Part shown: in pieces, positions 1-8,837 of the stretch
How the letters are laid out: each line of letters opens with the position of its first letter
Numbering within the stretch: position 1 is the first letter of the stretch
IMG/VR virus record: IMGVR_UViG_3300020045_003178
Coordinates: 1 to 24,968 of that record
Source of the DNA: a virus
Lineage: Duplodnaviria > Caudoviricetes
Length of the DNA stretch: 24,968 bases
Strand: one strand, 5' to 3'
Program-made: the position numbers and the translations under genes
Notes under the pieces: model-generated
Database searches by the model: none
What the model saw: the letters and a program-made list of their open reading frames with translations, nothing else
What the model was told of the DNA's origin: nothing

Positions 1-35
1 TGTACTACTTGCTTAATTGGATCTAACTCTGCCAT
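1..35 (-). CDS. 5' end of a gene running off the window (MAELDPIKQVV...), probably a tail-module gene
   Basis: ATG at 35, 2 nt after the stop of 38..1828; frame is open to the window edge. Confidence 0.5.
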   Translation of the reverse strand, partial: MAELDPIKQVV

Positions 36-37
36 TG

Positions 38-1828
38 CTATTTATTTAATAAAATTAATTTGCTTTTTTCTCCTGTCAGTCCTAGATTACTTTCCATAAC
101 AGTATATTTTGTTTCTTTGATTATAATTTCGTCATTATCATTGAATTTCTGAATCTCTACATTCGGCAAATCTAAATCGATTGTGTGAATCAATTTCTTT
201 CCTGATAAAGTATCTTCAATATATTCCTTATACCCTTGTGCGTACAACGTGTTTTGGTCTACGAAATCACCTGTTACAATGTTGAACAGTGAAGAAATGT
301 AATTCGATACGCCTGTAAATATTCTATTGCTCTTATGGCTTATTCTGTGATACACTCCAATACTCTTTACTATCTTCGTATCAGTATCTAAAAAACCGTA
401 AGGCGTTGAAATATTAGTAACTGCATTATAGTAGAATATAGGAAATTCTTTTATATTCGTTTCAAAAATAAATCTTGTCTCAATATCGTTCAATGATGCA
501 GTGCTACCAAATGGATAGAATGTATTTACCGTATTGTCTGCATCGGATAATACTGGATTAAAAACAGGAGCGGTAAATTTAGTTTCTATTTTAAATTCAG
601 TTTTTGGTTTTCCTGTAATTGGATATTTCAATTGTCCCCACTCCATACCATTGTCAGTTGAAAATTTTACGTTCTGCTGATACTCACTAGTTGCATGCTT
701 CAGGTCATAACCGTCATATTTTGTATTTGTCTTTTTTGTAAGCTTCGACAAATCAGCATAAGGCGTTAAGTCGTTTTCTAATCTAACGCCTTTATGAGGT
801 AATTCGAATATTGTTTTCTGCTTATAATAGAAATCATTAAGCACTTCATCTTTGAATTTCTTATAGGCAAACATCGTATAAATCGACTTCACGAAATCAA
901 TAGTTTTCATTTCTGGCAACGACTTGAATAGATTAACGGTTGTTGGTGTTCTAATCGGTTGAACATTATTCACAACCTCTTTAAACCAGTCTTGCGTTTT
1001 CCAATCAAATTTAACACTTGTAAATCTCCATTCACTTAAATTGTCGTCAGCTACAAATATAGCTATCAATGGTTTTACAAGCAGACTAGGTTCGCTTGCT
1101 CCTTCTGGTGTAAATACGTCGAGTCCTATATTGATATTTAGGAATGCGCTTTTTTGTTCAGCACCTCCGGTTATAGCGTAATTCAATTTCTTTTTCTTGT
1201 CTCCATTGTCGAACACTTCCCAAACTTCCATACTGTTAATATAGTTTGGCAACGCTAATGTACCACTACTACTTTTACATAATCTTATTTTCATCCCGAA
1301 AGTTGCATCATGAGAGCTTCCGCCTCCATAACCTAGGTAATTTAGTTCAAATAAATAGTTAGGCATAATTTCACCTACTATTGGTTTGATTAATATATCA
1401 AAACGCTCCTCTCTAAATGAATCATTTGTCCATGTTGGCTTAGTTATTTTTGCTTTGACATCTTTGATTGATACATCAGCAGAAATACACATGGTACATA
1501 AATCCGTTAGTTGAGTAATGCCATCAGCATAAGGCGTAGGATCTATTTTTATATCGTACTTTTTATTAATAGAATCCAATATCTCAGACATAAACATAGC
1601 TGGTCTTATTTCCTGTGGTAACAATAAGTTTTCGCTTATTATAGGTTTGCTTACTGAATAGTTTATATTATCAGTTGCAGGAATTTCTGTACTGTTGCTA
1701 ATTGAAAATATTCTTTCAGTAGATACTAACGGTATAAACCAACGAATACCGCCCGTTCCTGTCTGAATGCTTTGCAATCCGTTTTGTATATTCTTTGTAG
1801 TCCAAGAAACATCACCATCCGTCAACAT
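38..1828 (-). CDS. Large minor tail/structural protein, probably N-terminally truncated
   Basis: 596-aa ORF in the post-terminase structural operon; its start lies inside a probable deletion junction (see findings). Confidence 0.6.
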   Translation of the reverse strand: MLTDGDVSWTTKNIQNGLQSIQTGTGGIRWFIPLVSTERIFSISNSTEIPATDNINYSVSKPIISENLLLPQEIRPAMFMSEILDSINKKYDIKIDPTPYADGITQLTDLCTMCISADVSIKDVKAKITKPTWTNDSFREERFDILIKPIVGEIMPNYLFELNYLGYGGGSSHDATFGMKIRLCKSSSGTLALPNYINSMEVWEVFDNGDKKKKLNYAITGGAEQKSAFLNINIGLDVFTPEGASEPSLLVKPLIAIFVADDNLSEWRFTSVKFDWKTQDWFKEVVNNVQPIRTPTTVNLFKSLPEMKTIDFVKSIYTMFAYKKFKDEVLNDFYYKQKTIFELPHKGVRLENDLTPYADLSKLTKKTNTKYDGYDLKHATSEYQQNVKFSTDNGMEWGQLKYPITGKPKTEFKIETKFTAPVFNPVLSDADNTVNTFYPFGSTASLNDIETRFIFETNIKEFPIFYYNAVTNISTPYGFLDTDTKIVKSIGVYHRISHKSNRIFTGVSNYISSLFNIVTGDFVDQNTLYAQGYKEYIEDTLSGKKLIHTIDLDLPNVEIQKFNDNDEIIIKETKYTVMESNLGLTGEKSKLILLNK

Positions 1829-1895
1829 TCGCCTCGTCTTTAGATTTCTGAACTACTCGCTCAGCTAATGCGCTATCTTCTGCTGTTACGGGCAT
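1812..1895 (-). pseudogene. 27-aa truncated gene (MPVTAEDSALAERVVQKSKDEANVDGW), resembling the N-terminus of an HK97 gp10-like neck protein
   Basis: Start overlaps the end of 1886..2338; KSKDEANVD resembles the AKxxAxVDTG motif, then the frame stops. Confidence 0.45.
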
Positions 1896-2338
1896 GATGA
1901 ACCCTCGTTATTAATTGACAATACAATATCAAACTCGTGACCTGACAATCCATTCAGTTCTTTATTTTTAATTGGCGTAATATCTGAAACAGAAACCATT
2001 TCGATATTATCGCTATTGTATTGACGAAATGAATTTACAAACGTTTGGCAAATGTTAAATGTTTCGTTCCAAATATCGGCTTGGTTTGTATCTTCTTGCA
2101 GTTTGCTATCAGTTGCATGTATGTAAACATCATTTTGATCTAATGCTTTAATGTGGTATGAAAATGAAACTATATCCTCTTGAATAGGTGCGCTTCTATA
2201 ATCAACATTAACAACAGGATAAATAGTTTCTTTATTAGTGTCAACAAGGTCGTTTGAAAGTGTAGTCAAAGTATTTACCAAAGTATCAGATTGAAACTTT
2301 GCTATAATATAGTTGCGGACTTTTTGTAGTTCGTTCAT
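1886..2338 (-). CDS. Putative tail terminator/completion protein
   Basis: 150 aa; size, position and the YPVVNVD segment fit; function inferred. Confidence 0.5.
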   Translation of the reverse strand: MNELQKVRNYIIAKFQSDTLVNTLTTLSNDLVDTNKETIYPVVNVDYRSAPIQEDIVSFSYHIKALDQNDVYIHATDSKLQEDTNQADIWNETFNICQTFVNSFRQYNSDNIEMVSVSDITPIKNKELNGLSGHEFDIVLSINNEGSSCP

Positions 2339-2354
2339 TGTTTATATTTTAAAA

Positions 2355-2472
2355 GCAGTAAGTGGGACTCGAACCTCACAGTACGCCATTACCTCGACAT
2401 TATATCTCTATAAGCCTCGACTTTGATATTTAATAATACCTTTCAGCAACTACCAATTTATGCTACTACTGC
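2355..2472 (-). ncRNA. tRNA-like structured RNA with no canonical anticodon arm
   Basis: Acceptor stem GCAGTAG/TTACTGC, T8-A9, D-arm GCAT-AAATTGGTAG-TTGC, T-arm GTG(A)GG-TTCGAGT-CCCAC, ~66-nt central insert. Confidence 0.65.
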
Positions 2473-2481
2473 TTTATGTTT

Positions 2482-3105
2482 TTACTCAACGCCTTCAACG
2501 GCTCTTTTTCTTAATAAATATTCTCCTAATGCTAAATAATTCTTTAAAGGCATTTCGTTAACTTCATCGAATCTCATTGCATCGCCATTCCCTAATAAAT
2601 AAGTAATCTCTGCATAAGCTCCGTAATGCTGTTGAAACTCGGTTCGTAACTGCCTTCCTATCGAATGCTTATTTACTCCAGGCAATATAGGAGGATTATA
2701 AATCCATTCATATTTTTCCTTGAAATATTCAACACTTTGTAAGAACTCATTTTTCACCCACTTCGCCAAAGATACGGAAATATCTTTTTTATTGCTATTA
2801 GTCAAGTGATTATATAAAGCAACTAAATCCGACAGCATCACATAAGTATCAGCAGTTATAAAATAATTCGCTGGCTTATCTTCAAAACTCAGATTTAAGA
2901 CAATGTTACTACAATGTTTCTTTGAGATTAACTCGTTAAATTCCTGTATACATTCAGTCCATTGTCTTTTATCTTCTGAGTAAAAAGTTTTTAATATCGA
3001 AAAAATAGAATCTTCCTCACTAGGTTCGCTTCCTAGTTCGTTTGTCATCAACATGAACTTCTCGTAGCTTATCTGTTTTAGTTTCTTCTTTCGAAATATA
3101 CGCAT
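2482..3105 (-). CDS. Hypothetical protein of the structural operon (possible tail assembly chaperone)
   Basis: 207-aa ORF after terL; function inferred from position only. Confidence 0.6.
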   Translation of the reverse strand: MRIFRKKKLKQISYEKFMLMTNELGSEPSEEDSIFSILKTFYSEDKRQWTECIQEFNELISKKHCSNIVLNLSFEDKPANYFITADTYVMLSDLVALYNHLTNSNKKDISVSLAKWVKNEFLQSVEYFKEKYEWIYNPPILPGVNKHSIGRQLRTEFQQHYGAYAEITYLLGNGDAMRFDEVNEMPLKNYLALGEYLLRKRAVEGVE

Positions 3106-3199
3106 CTTGATATTGCTTCTTAATAGTGATTTCTTCTTTTGTTAATTCCTCATCCGCTTTCAATACAAACGGAAATTTGCTTTCAAATAGTGCTTTCAT
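3020..3199 (-). CDS. 59-aa hypothetical protein (MKALFESKFPF...), missing from the ORF track
   Basis: ATG 12 nt after the terL stop with an A-rich leader; overlaps the next ORF by 86 nt. Confidence 0.45.
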   Translation of the reverse strand: MKALFESKFPFVLKADEELTKEEITIKKQYQDAYISKEETKTDKLREVHVDDKRTRKRT

Positions 3200-3211
3200 A
3201 TATTTTATTTA

Positions 3212-4420
3212 TTAATCCAACCCAGAAACATAAATCTGTTCAACGACTGCATAAGTTCCAGCATCTAAAATATGATCTAAACCGCTTTTCTTATCTGGCA
3301 AACCTTTGTCATAAGTTTGTTGACTCAATGCGTCAGAATAATTAGGACACTTTGCCAAATTTACAAAATATTTTCCATCTTCTAAAGATTTATTTACGCT
3401 TCGAACTCTATTTAATATTTCAGGGTTCTTTCTTCTTATATTTACATTAAAATTATAAGCATCGTCTAATATAATATCATAGTCAGAAAGTCCAGCAGTA
3501 TTACGATTTTTACATGATGCATCCGGATTTATCTCTATTTCGTTATTAGGGTACTTTTCACGTATTAAAATACATAGTTCAGATGTATTATACACTTTGC
3601 AAAACTCATCTACAGCATACATAGCGCCACCATCGATTACGTGGACTATAGCATGCATATTTTGAACGTTAAAGTCCATTCCAATATACAAAGTCTCATT
3701 TGGTAATATTTCTCGTTTAGTATCGTTTTTTTCTCTATCGTAACTTTTATAAACAGATCCGCTTGTAAGGTTGCAAAACTCACCGTTAATATATGCTGTC
3801 AGTTCTTCAATCGTATATTGGGCAGCTAATGTTTGAATGTAGTCGTCAGGCAAAAAAGGATTGTCATTAGTCTTTGCTTTGATTAAAAACTTTTCGCTTG
3901 TTGCTTCTTTAACTGCGAAGTTGTAAAGGAAGTTAAAACCCTCAGGAGTAGAAACTAAATCAATGCTATTCTTTTGCCCTTTATCATCTATTTGTCTATT
4001 CCTAGCAATTATCTTATTAAATACTGCTTTTGCTTTTGATTTAGGTAAAATATCAATTTCATCAATAATAGAATAAAATGTTTCGTAACCGACAATAGTT
4101 TCAGGCTTCGTCATATTCCTTAATAATATCTTGCCGTAAGGCGTGCGAAATACCTTTTCACTCGAATTGTATTTGTATTTGATATTGTGCTTTTCGAAAA
4201 ACTCTTGGAATCTAGGGACTGCAATATCGTTTATTAAAGGATAGTTTGGTAGATAGTAACCTACGTTTAATTTTGAAGATGTGCTTGTAAGTTTATAAGC
4301 AGCTTTAGCAACTGCCGCTTCTGTTTTACCAGATCCAAATCCAGCTACTAAAATAGTGTGCTTGAACTTAGACAATACAAATGCTTTTTGATGCTTTAAA
4401 AGGCTTAATTTAGATTTCAT
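3212..4420 (-). CDS. terL: Terminase large subunit
   Basis: Q motif LLKHQ, Walker A AGFGSGKT, Walker B IIDEID, STPEG, nuclease motifs IGMDFN and DHILDA. Confidence 0.95.
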   Translation of the reverse strand: MKSKLSLLKHQKAFVLSKFKHTILVAGFGSGKTEAAVAKAAYKLTSTSSKLNVGYYLPNYPLINDIAVPRFQEFFEKHNIKYKYNSSEKVFRTPYGKILLRNMTKPETIVGYETFYSIIDEIDILPKSKAKAVFNKIIARNRQIDDKGQKNSIDLVSTPEGFNFLYNFAVKEATSEKFLIKAKTNDNPFLPDDYIQTLAAQYTIEELTAYINGEFCNLTSGSVYKSYDREKNDTKREILPNETLYIGMDFNVQNMHAIVHVIDGGAMYAVDEFCKVYNTSELCILIREKYPNNEIEINPDASCKNRNTAGLSDYDIILDDAYNFNVNIRRKNPEILNRVRSVNKSLEDGKYFVNLAKCPNYSDALSQQTYDKGLPDKKSGLDHILDAGTYAVVEQIYVSGLD

Positions 4421-4880
4421 CTATTTCAAATCCTTTAAATTCATTTTCATCTCCTGATTCACTTTGAACATAAGTACCGTCCATTTTGTTTAATAAATCG
4501 ATTGCATTCTTTCTATCAGCCCAATTTGGGACTATTTCTACTTGCTCAATCATTTTATCACACACTATATATTTAACTAAAGGAATTTCACCTAATGCAA
4601 TCTGGGTAAGTATCTTTTGCCTTTCGATTTTAGACAATATACCTGCCTTTGCAATTTCTCCCATCGCTTCCATTTCTTTAGCCCTTATAATTGGTTCTGC
4701 AATAAGCATAAAGTTCTTATATTGAATTTCAGCTTCTTCATAGTAATTATAAAATGATTTTAGAGAATTATTGTAAGTGGTTGAAAGTTTTTGAAAAATA
4801 GTAGGCTTATCAATTCCTTTCTTTAAATCTGAAAGTATTGATTTTATTGCCGTTTCTTTATCTATTTTTTTTTTATCCAT
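4410..4880 (-). CDS. terS: Terminase small subunit
   Basis: Overlaps the terL start; ILSKIERQKILTQIA and DRKNAIDLLNKMDG motifs; ATG 4880 preferred to GTG 4886. Confidence 0.8.
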   Translation of the reverse strand: MDKKKIDKETAIKSILSDLKKGIDKPTIFQKLSTTYNNSLKSFYNYYEEAEIQYKNFMLIAEPIIRAKEMEAMGEIAKAGILSKIERQKILTQIALGEIPLVKYIVCDKMIEQVEIVPNWADRKNAIDLLNKMDGTYVQSESGDENEFKGFEIDEI

Positions 4881-4885
4881 TACCA

Positions 4886-4893
4886 CAAATATA
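4886..4893 (-). promoter_or_regulatory. Bacteroidota -7 element (TATATTTG) upstream of terS
   Basis: Matches TAnnTTTG; no clear -33 element. Confidence 0.5.
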
Positions 4894-4894
4894 C

Positions 4895-4929
4895 AAAAAA
4901 AACCCTTAATCTATTATTAAGGGTAAAAA
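4895..4929 (-). terminator. Intrinsic terminator
   Basis: ACCCTTAAT/ATTAAGGGT stem at 4902-4924, followed by a T-run on the minus strand. Confidence 0.75.
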
Positions 4930-4933
4930 TTAG

Positions 4934-5110
4934 TTATTTAGATTTAATTTTCCATACTCCTACTCTCTCATCGTCTTTAATATTTTTCATGGCTTCTATT
5001 TTTTGCCATCCAAAATTCATTACTTCGTTTTCTGATTTAATATTAATTACTTCTATAAACCTATCCGTTTCGAAATTTATAAAATTCTCAATTATATACC
5101 CTTCTCTCAT
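4934..5110 (-). CDS. 58-aa hypothetical protein (MREGYIIENF...)
   Basis: Translated by hand; ATGA overlap with the upstream ORF. Confidence 0.6.
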   Translation of the reverse strand: MREGYIIENFINFETDRFIEVINIKSENEVMNFGWQKIEAMKNIKDDERVGVWKIKSK

Positions 5111-5229
5111 TTCAATAAATATTTAATAGGTTTAGTATCTACATGCTCTTTAGCCAATTTCTTAGCTTCAACTTTCAATCTCGCTTCCATTTCGAAAATT
5201 GTTTCGTATTTGTTTGTTAGTTTGCTCAT
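5107..5229 (-). CDS. 40-aa hypothetical protein (MSKLTNKYET...)
   Basis: Translated by hand; tightly packed between its neighbours. Confidence 0.55.
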   Translation of the reverse strand: MSKLTNKYETIFEMEARLKVEAKKLAKEHVDTKPIKYLLK

Positions 5230-5231
5230 AA

Positions 5232-5978
5232 TTAAACTATTTTACAATTAAGTTTTTCTTCTGCTTCTTTTTTGGTTAGTGTAGGTATTATTTCAGCCCA
5301 AACTCCATCTCTAAAAAAACAATAATGCTCAGATTTTGAAATATATAAAATTAACTCTTTATTTGAATATTTAATTATCCCTTTTTCCATACAATAATTT
5401 TTAAATTTACTATCATAAATGTTTGAGTTATTTACATAAACTACTTCTTTAAACCCTCTCTTCACCGCTTCATTTTTCAATGCTTCAAATACTTCTTGTT
5501 CTGTGGCTTCTATCCATTCGTGAGCGTGACTTTCAAAGCTCCAACAACCAATTAAATCATTCCAAGTTTTATTATGTTCAAATCCATATCCTTTACTACC
5601 GCCTTGATAATTAATCAAAGCCTTAGAATCGGTTTGATAATACCACTTACCTACTTCAAATTCCTTTTTAAATACAGAAGGAAACTCGTCTTTCATTTCG
5701 TATTTCATAATAGTTTCTTTCGTGATTGTGAAAATTGGCTCTATCCCACAAGCTTCTAAAAATACTTTTTCATTCCATGTTTCGTGGATTTCTTTGTGAC
5801 ATTCAGGACTAAGTGTTGAGCTTATTTCCTCTTTTTGATTGTAATTATTTGTAAGGTAATAATGTTTTGTATGTGTAAAAAAACTATATAAATCTGAATG
5901 AAACTTCATTCCTTCTAACTTCCCTTTAACAGCTTCAAACTGTTCTTTATTGCATTTCATTGCGATAGCTTTTCTCAT
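5232..5978 (-). CDS. Hypothetical phage protein
   Basis: 248-aa ORF, co-oriented and tightly packed. Confidence 0.75.
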   Translation of the reverse strand: MRKAIAMKCNKEQFEAVKGKLEGMKFHSDLYSFFTHTKHYYLTNNYNQKEEISSTLSPECHKEIHETWNEKVFLEACGIEPIFTITKETIMKYEMKDEFPSVFKKEFEVGKWYYQTDSKALINYQGGSKGYGFEHNKTWNDLIGCWSFESHAHEWIEATEQEVFEALKNEAVKRGFKEVVYVNNSNIYDSKFKNYCMEKGIIKYSNKELILYISKSEHYCFFRDGVWAEIIPTLTKKEAEEKLNCKIV

Positions 5979-6076
5979 AGTATAATTATTAAAATTGTTG
6001 ATAAAATTATGATTATTGTTATTGTGTAAATGAATGTTTTGAAAATCATATTCACTCTTTCGTCGTCTAGGTTCAT
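5975..6076 (-). CDS. 33-aa single-TM microprotein (MNLDDERVNMIFKTFIYTITIIIILSTILIIIL)
   Basis: ATGA overlaps at both ends; hydrophobic C-terminus. Confidence 0.5.
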   Translation of the reverse strand: MNLDDERVNMIFKTFIYTITIIIILSTILIIIL

Positions 6077-6366
6077 TTCGTTGCTTTTTTGATTAATTGA
6101 ACTATGCGGGCGTACGTGTCAGTACCGCAATCGTAATCCTGCTCTATCTTTTCCAACATCTCCAACATCTCAGGAGCGCACGCAATTAATTTGGCGTTGG
6201 CTCGACATTCTTCGTTTATTACATCCCCTAAATCCTGCCATGACCAAATAGTACAAACCGTATCATATTTTTGCGTTTTTAATTCGAATACTGGCTGATC
6301 ATATCTTTCGTCAAATTGTTCTGAAATTTCCCACTTCCCTTTTGTTCCTTTAAATTCGCTCATCAT
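6073..6366 (-). CDS. Phage protein of the TxGxW...ANAKLIACAPE family
   Basis: GTKGKW and ANAKLIACAPEMLEML motifs; paralogue of 16463..16825. Confidence 0.75.
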   Translation of the reverse strand: MMSEFKGTKGKWEISEQFDERYDQPVFELKTQKYDTVCTIWSWQDLGDVINEECRANAKLIACAPEMLEMLEKIEQDYDCGTDTYARIVQLIKKATK

Positions 6367-6584
6367 CTCGGCTGTGTTAAGTTACGTAAATCTTTTACCG
6401 TCATTCCTATATGTTGCATTCCTGTAGTATTAATACATTCTATTGCGTTGATCTCTTTTTTGATAGTCAGTAGACAACGGAAATACTTTTCTATTTTCGG
6501 GTTATCTGTTTGCGAGTAGTGGTTCGTGTTGTTAGCAGTTATTAGTGTTTCTCTGCGTTTTCTAAGGGTGGCTAGTCTTGTCAT
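6363..6584 (-). CDS. Hypothetical protein
   Basis: 73-aa ORF with ATGA overlaps. Confidence 0.65.
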   Translation of the reverse strand: MTRLATLRKRRETLITANNTNHYSQTDNPKIEKYFRCLLTIKKEINAIECINTTGMQHIGMTVKDLRNLTQPR

Positions 6585-6742
6585 AATTTCTTTTTCAATT
6601 TATTTAAATATTCATACATCATTTCTATTAAAGCAGGATTTATTCGTCTTTGATACTGTACGTTTCCTTTAGGTTTTGCACCTGAATTTTCACGTTTACC
6701 GCCTCTGTTATCGAAGCGGTTAGGTTTTAAGGTTTGTGCCAT
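6581..6742 (-). CDS. 53-aa basic GGxR microprotein, putative DNA-binding
   Basis: MAQTLKPNRFDNRGGKRENSGAKPKGNVQYQRRINPALIEMMYEYLNKLKKKL; TAATG and ATGA overlaps. Confidence 0.7.
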   Translation of the reverse strand: MAQTLKPNRFDNRGGKRENSGAKPKGNVQYQRRINPALIEMMYEYLNKLKKKL

Positions 6743-6915
6743 TACTGTGTTATTTTAAAATCTGAATCAGTATAATAGTGTCTTTCTTCTTTTGGCTTTC
6801 CAGCTTCTTCCTCGTTCATACATATAATTTCTTGTTCTATAAACGCCTTGGCTAATTTCAATGATGCTTGTTTTGAAGTACTTTTGTCGATTGTATTTGT
6901 TACCGTAAGTGTCAT
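6742..6915 (-). CDS. 57-aa hypothetical protein (MTLTVTNTIDK...)
   Basis: Start moved to ATG 6915 because a promoter lies at 6951-6980. Confidence 0.65.
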   Translation of the reverse strand: MTLTVTNTIDKSTSKQASLKLAKAFIEQEIICMNEEEAGKPKEERHYYTDSDFKITQ

Positions 6916-6950
6916 AATTTCTAATTTTTTGTTTCGCTTTATTGCTGAGA

Positions 6951-6980
6951 CAAATGTACAACGCTTATTTAGATAAACAA
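6951..6980 (-). promoter_or_regulatory. Bacteroidota-type promoter TTG-N19-TACATTTG
   Basis: CAAATGTA at 6951-6958 and CAA at 6978-6980 on the + strand. Confidence 0.75.
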
Positions 6981-6982
6981 TA

Positions 6983-7144
6983 CTATTTATCAAATATTTT
7001 TAATTTATTTTCTTTTAGAGAATATTCTTTAGATAATTCCCTTATCTTCTTAATACAGTTTGGGTGGCACTGTACCATATAGGCTTTATTGTCGTTTTTC
7101 GGTCTCCCAGACCCTTCTCTTTTTCCTCCTTTAGTATTTTTCAT
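6983..7144 (-). CDS. 53-aa basic GGxR microprotein, putative DNA-binding
   Basis: MKNTKGGKREGSGRPKNDNKAYMVQCHPNCIKKIRELSKEYSLKENKLKIFDK; has its own upstream promoter. Confidence 0.7.
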   Translation of the reverse strand: MKNTKGGKREGSGRPKNDNKAYMVQCHPNCIKKIRELSKEYSLKENKLKIFDK

Positions 7145-7168
7145 TTTTTTTATAATTTTTCAATTTAA

Positions 7169-7208
7169 CAAATATACGATAATTATTTAGATAAACAATA
7201 TTGTTTAT
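7169..7208 (-). promoter_or_regulatory. Promoter TTG-N19-TATATTTG with an overlapping 18-bp palindrome
   Basis: CAAATATA 7169-7176, CAA 7196-7198, ATAAACAATATTGTTTAT 7191-7208. Confidence 0.75.
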
Positions 7209-7215
7209 TAATTAT

Positions 7216-7413
7216 TTACATAGCGTTAATTATTTTTATAAAAGTTTCTAAATTATTCTTTTTATATTTTAAAACATAGTCTTTACGAACAAATACATCA
7301 TTTTTATCAAAGTATTTATATTCGTATCCGTTAAATTTCATACCTCCAAAATGTATAGCAGACGAAATGTAAGGTTGTTTTGAAGCGTTTAATATTATTT
7401 TAGGTGATTCCAT
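7216..7413 (-). CDS. Hypothetical protein
   Basis: 65-aa ORF. Confidence 0.65.
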   Translation of the reverse strand: MESPKIILNASKQPYISSAIHFGGMKFNGYEYKYFDKNDVFVRKDYVLKYKKNNLETFIKIINAM

Positions 7414-7549
7414 AATTAAAATAGTCTATAATTGATTTAAGCTCTCTTAAGCGTTCGTTATTTTCTTTTGATACTAATAGTTGTTTATACTCTTTTTGTG
7501 CCTCATCTATATTAAATACAGGCTTTGCATTACGTGTTACTTTTTTCAT
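7400..7549 (-). CDS. 49-aa hypothetical protein (MKKVTRNAKP...)
   Basis: Translated by hand; fills the gap between neighbours. Confidence 0.5.
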   Translation of the reverse strand: MKKVTRNAKPVFNIDEAQKEYKQLLVSKENNERLRELKSIIDYFNYGIT

Positions 7550-7605
7550 TAGAATAGTTTAGTTTGGCTCATGTGATTATTTACTCTTTTCATATTTTTT
7601 AATAT

Positions 7606-7932
7606 TTAATAAATCTTAAATTTTATATATTCCTCTCCTTTTTTAACGATAGATTTAAAAACATGTAGTTCATAAATGTACCTATCGTCAAACCCATACT
7701 TTTTAACTAAGCAATCTTCAAATAATTTTATAGGATTACTGCAGTCACTTGATCGTGTGCTAAACCCCCATTCAATAGCTAGTTTTATATTATTAACATC
7801 TGGAACTTCTATTTTACTAGGTAATAAAAGTAATATATCTTTGATATATCGATTATATTCATCTGTCTTATATCTTTTTCCCTTCCATGCTTTATTGACG
7901 CTTAAAGGTTTTATTTGTAGTTTATAATTCAT
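7606..7932 (-). CDS. RusA-like Holliday junction resolvase
   Basis: PLSVN N-terminus and D-x-SN-x-IK-xx-ED...FDD motif; start moved to ATG 7932. Confidence 0.85.
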   Translation of the reverse strand: MNYKLQIKPLSVNKAWKGKRYKTDEYNRYIKDILLLLPSKIEVPDVNNIKLAIEWGFSTRSSDCSNPIKLFEDCLVKKYGFDDRYIYELHVFKSIVKKGEEYIKFKIY

Positions 7933-7946
7933 AGTTTTTGTTTTAA

Positions 7947-8828
7947 TTATACCCAACTTTCCCCTTCTGGATTGTCTATTATTTCTGGTAACCAATCGTC
8001 ATTGACTTTAATGCAGAATTCTTTAAATTTCTTTCCTCTACCTCTTTGGCAAGTCACAAGCGAATAACCGACATCATCTTTACCTTCTTTGTAAGTTCCT
8101 TTGTCTGCAATAATTACAACGGTTTCGCATTTGTTTTGCAATATAGTTCCTAAATGCCCCCTAGCTTTGTCTGAGCCTGGATTTAAGTGTAAAACTCCCG
8201 TAATATGTGATTTACTTACGCTAGACCATTTCATTAGCTTTTGGGTTAGATTACTGCTTTCTGTTAATGAATTAAAATCGTTAATCAAATCCACATAACC
8301 ATCGATTGAAACAACGCCTAATTTATTCCTATATTCGCTTTCCATAAATAGCCATTCAACGTATTGTAATCTTTCGTTTGGAGAACGTTCACGAAGTTTT
8401 AAAGGTACGTAATTATCAGGAATCCAACCTACCATGTTTGGAATACGTATTGCACTTTGCCATGAATCAAAGTCATCTTGTTCGGTATCAATATCAATAA
8501 TATATTTATCTTGCAACTCATGACCTACGATATCAATTGAGTTTGTATAAACATTTGATCGCCCACCGAATGAGCATCCAAGTATTAAAGATTTCAAAAA
8601 TGATTTACGGGCTTTTTCTTCGCCTTTTATCATGCTTATATTTCCTGCTGTTCCGAAACGTAAAGGATGGTAAATTCCTTTGTATTCCCTGTCATCCCTA
8701 CCTATTGAAATTATTAAAGGTGGTCGGTCATAAACCAAACTTAAATCGATTAAAGATTTTTCGTGTATCTCATTGAAATTTAAAATTTCCTCTGTTTTAA
8801 TGTCTTTTTCTAGTTCGTCAAAGTTCAT
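7947..8828 (-). CDS. P-loop ATPase, putative replicative helicase (AAA_25/RepA-like)
   Basis: Walker A variant GEEKARKS, IDTEQ, Walker B VSIDG, VLHLN...RGHLG. Confidence 0.8.
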   Translation of the reverse strand: MNFDELEKDIKTEEILNFNEIHEKSLIDLSLVYDRPPLIISIGRDDREYKGIYHPLRFGTAGNISMIKGEEKARKSFLKSLILGCSFGGRSNVYTNSIDIVGHELQDKYIIDIDTEQDDFDSWQSAIRIPNMVGWIPDNYVPLKLRERSPNERLQYVEWLFMESEYRNKLGVVSIDGYVDLINDFNSLTESSNLTQKLMKWSSVSKSHITGVLHLNPGSDKARGHLGTILQNKCETVVIIADKGTYKEGKDDVGYSLVTCQRGRGKKFKEFCIKVNDDWLPEIIDNPEGESWV

Positions 8829-8837
8829 AATTTTATT

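Noticed and set aside
2355-2472. A functional decoding tRNA
   Set aside because: It has no 5-bp/7-nt anticodon arm, an oversized centre and a bulged T-stem, so it is kept as tRNA-like only.
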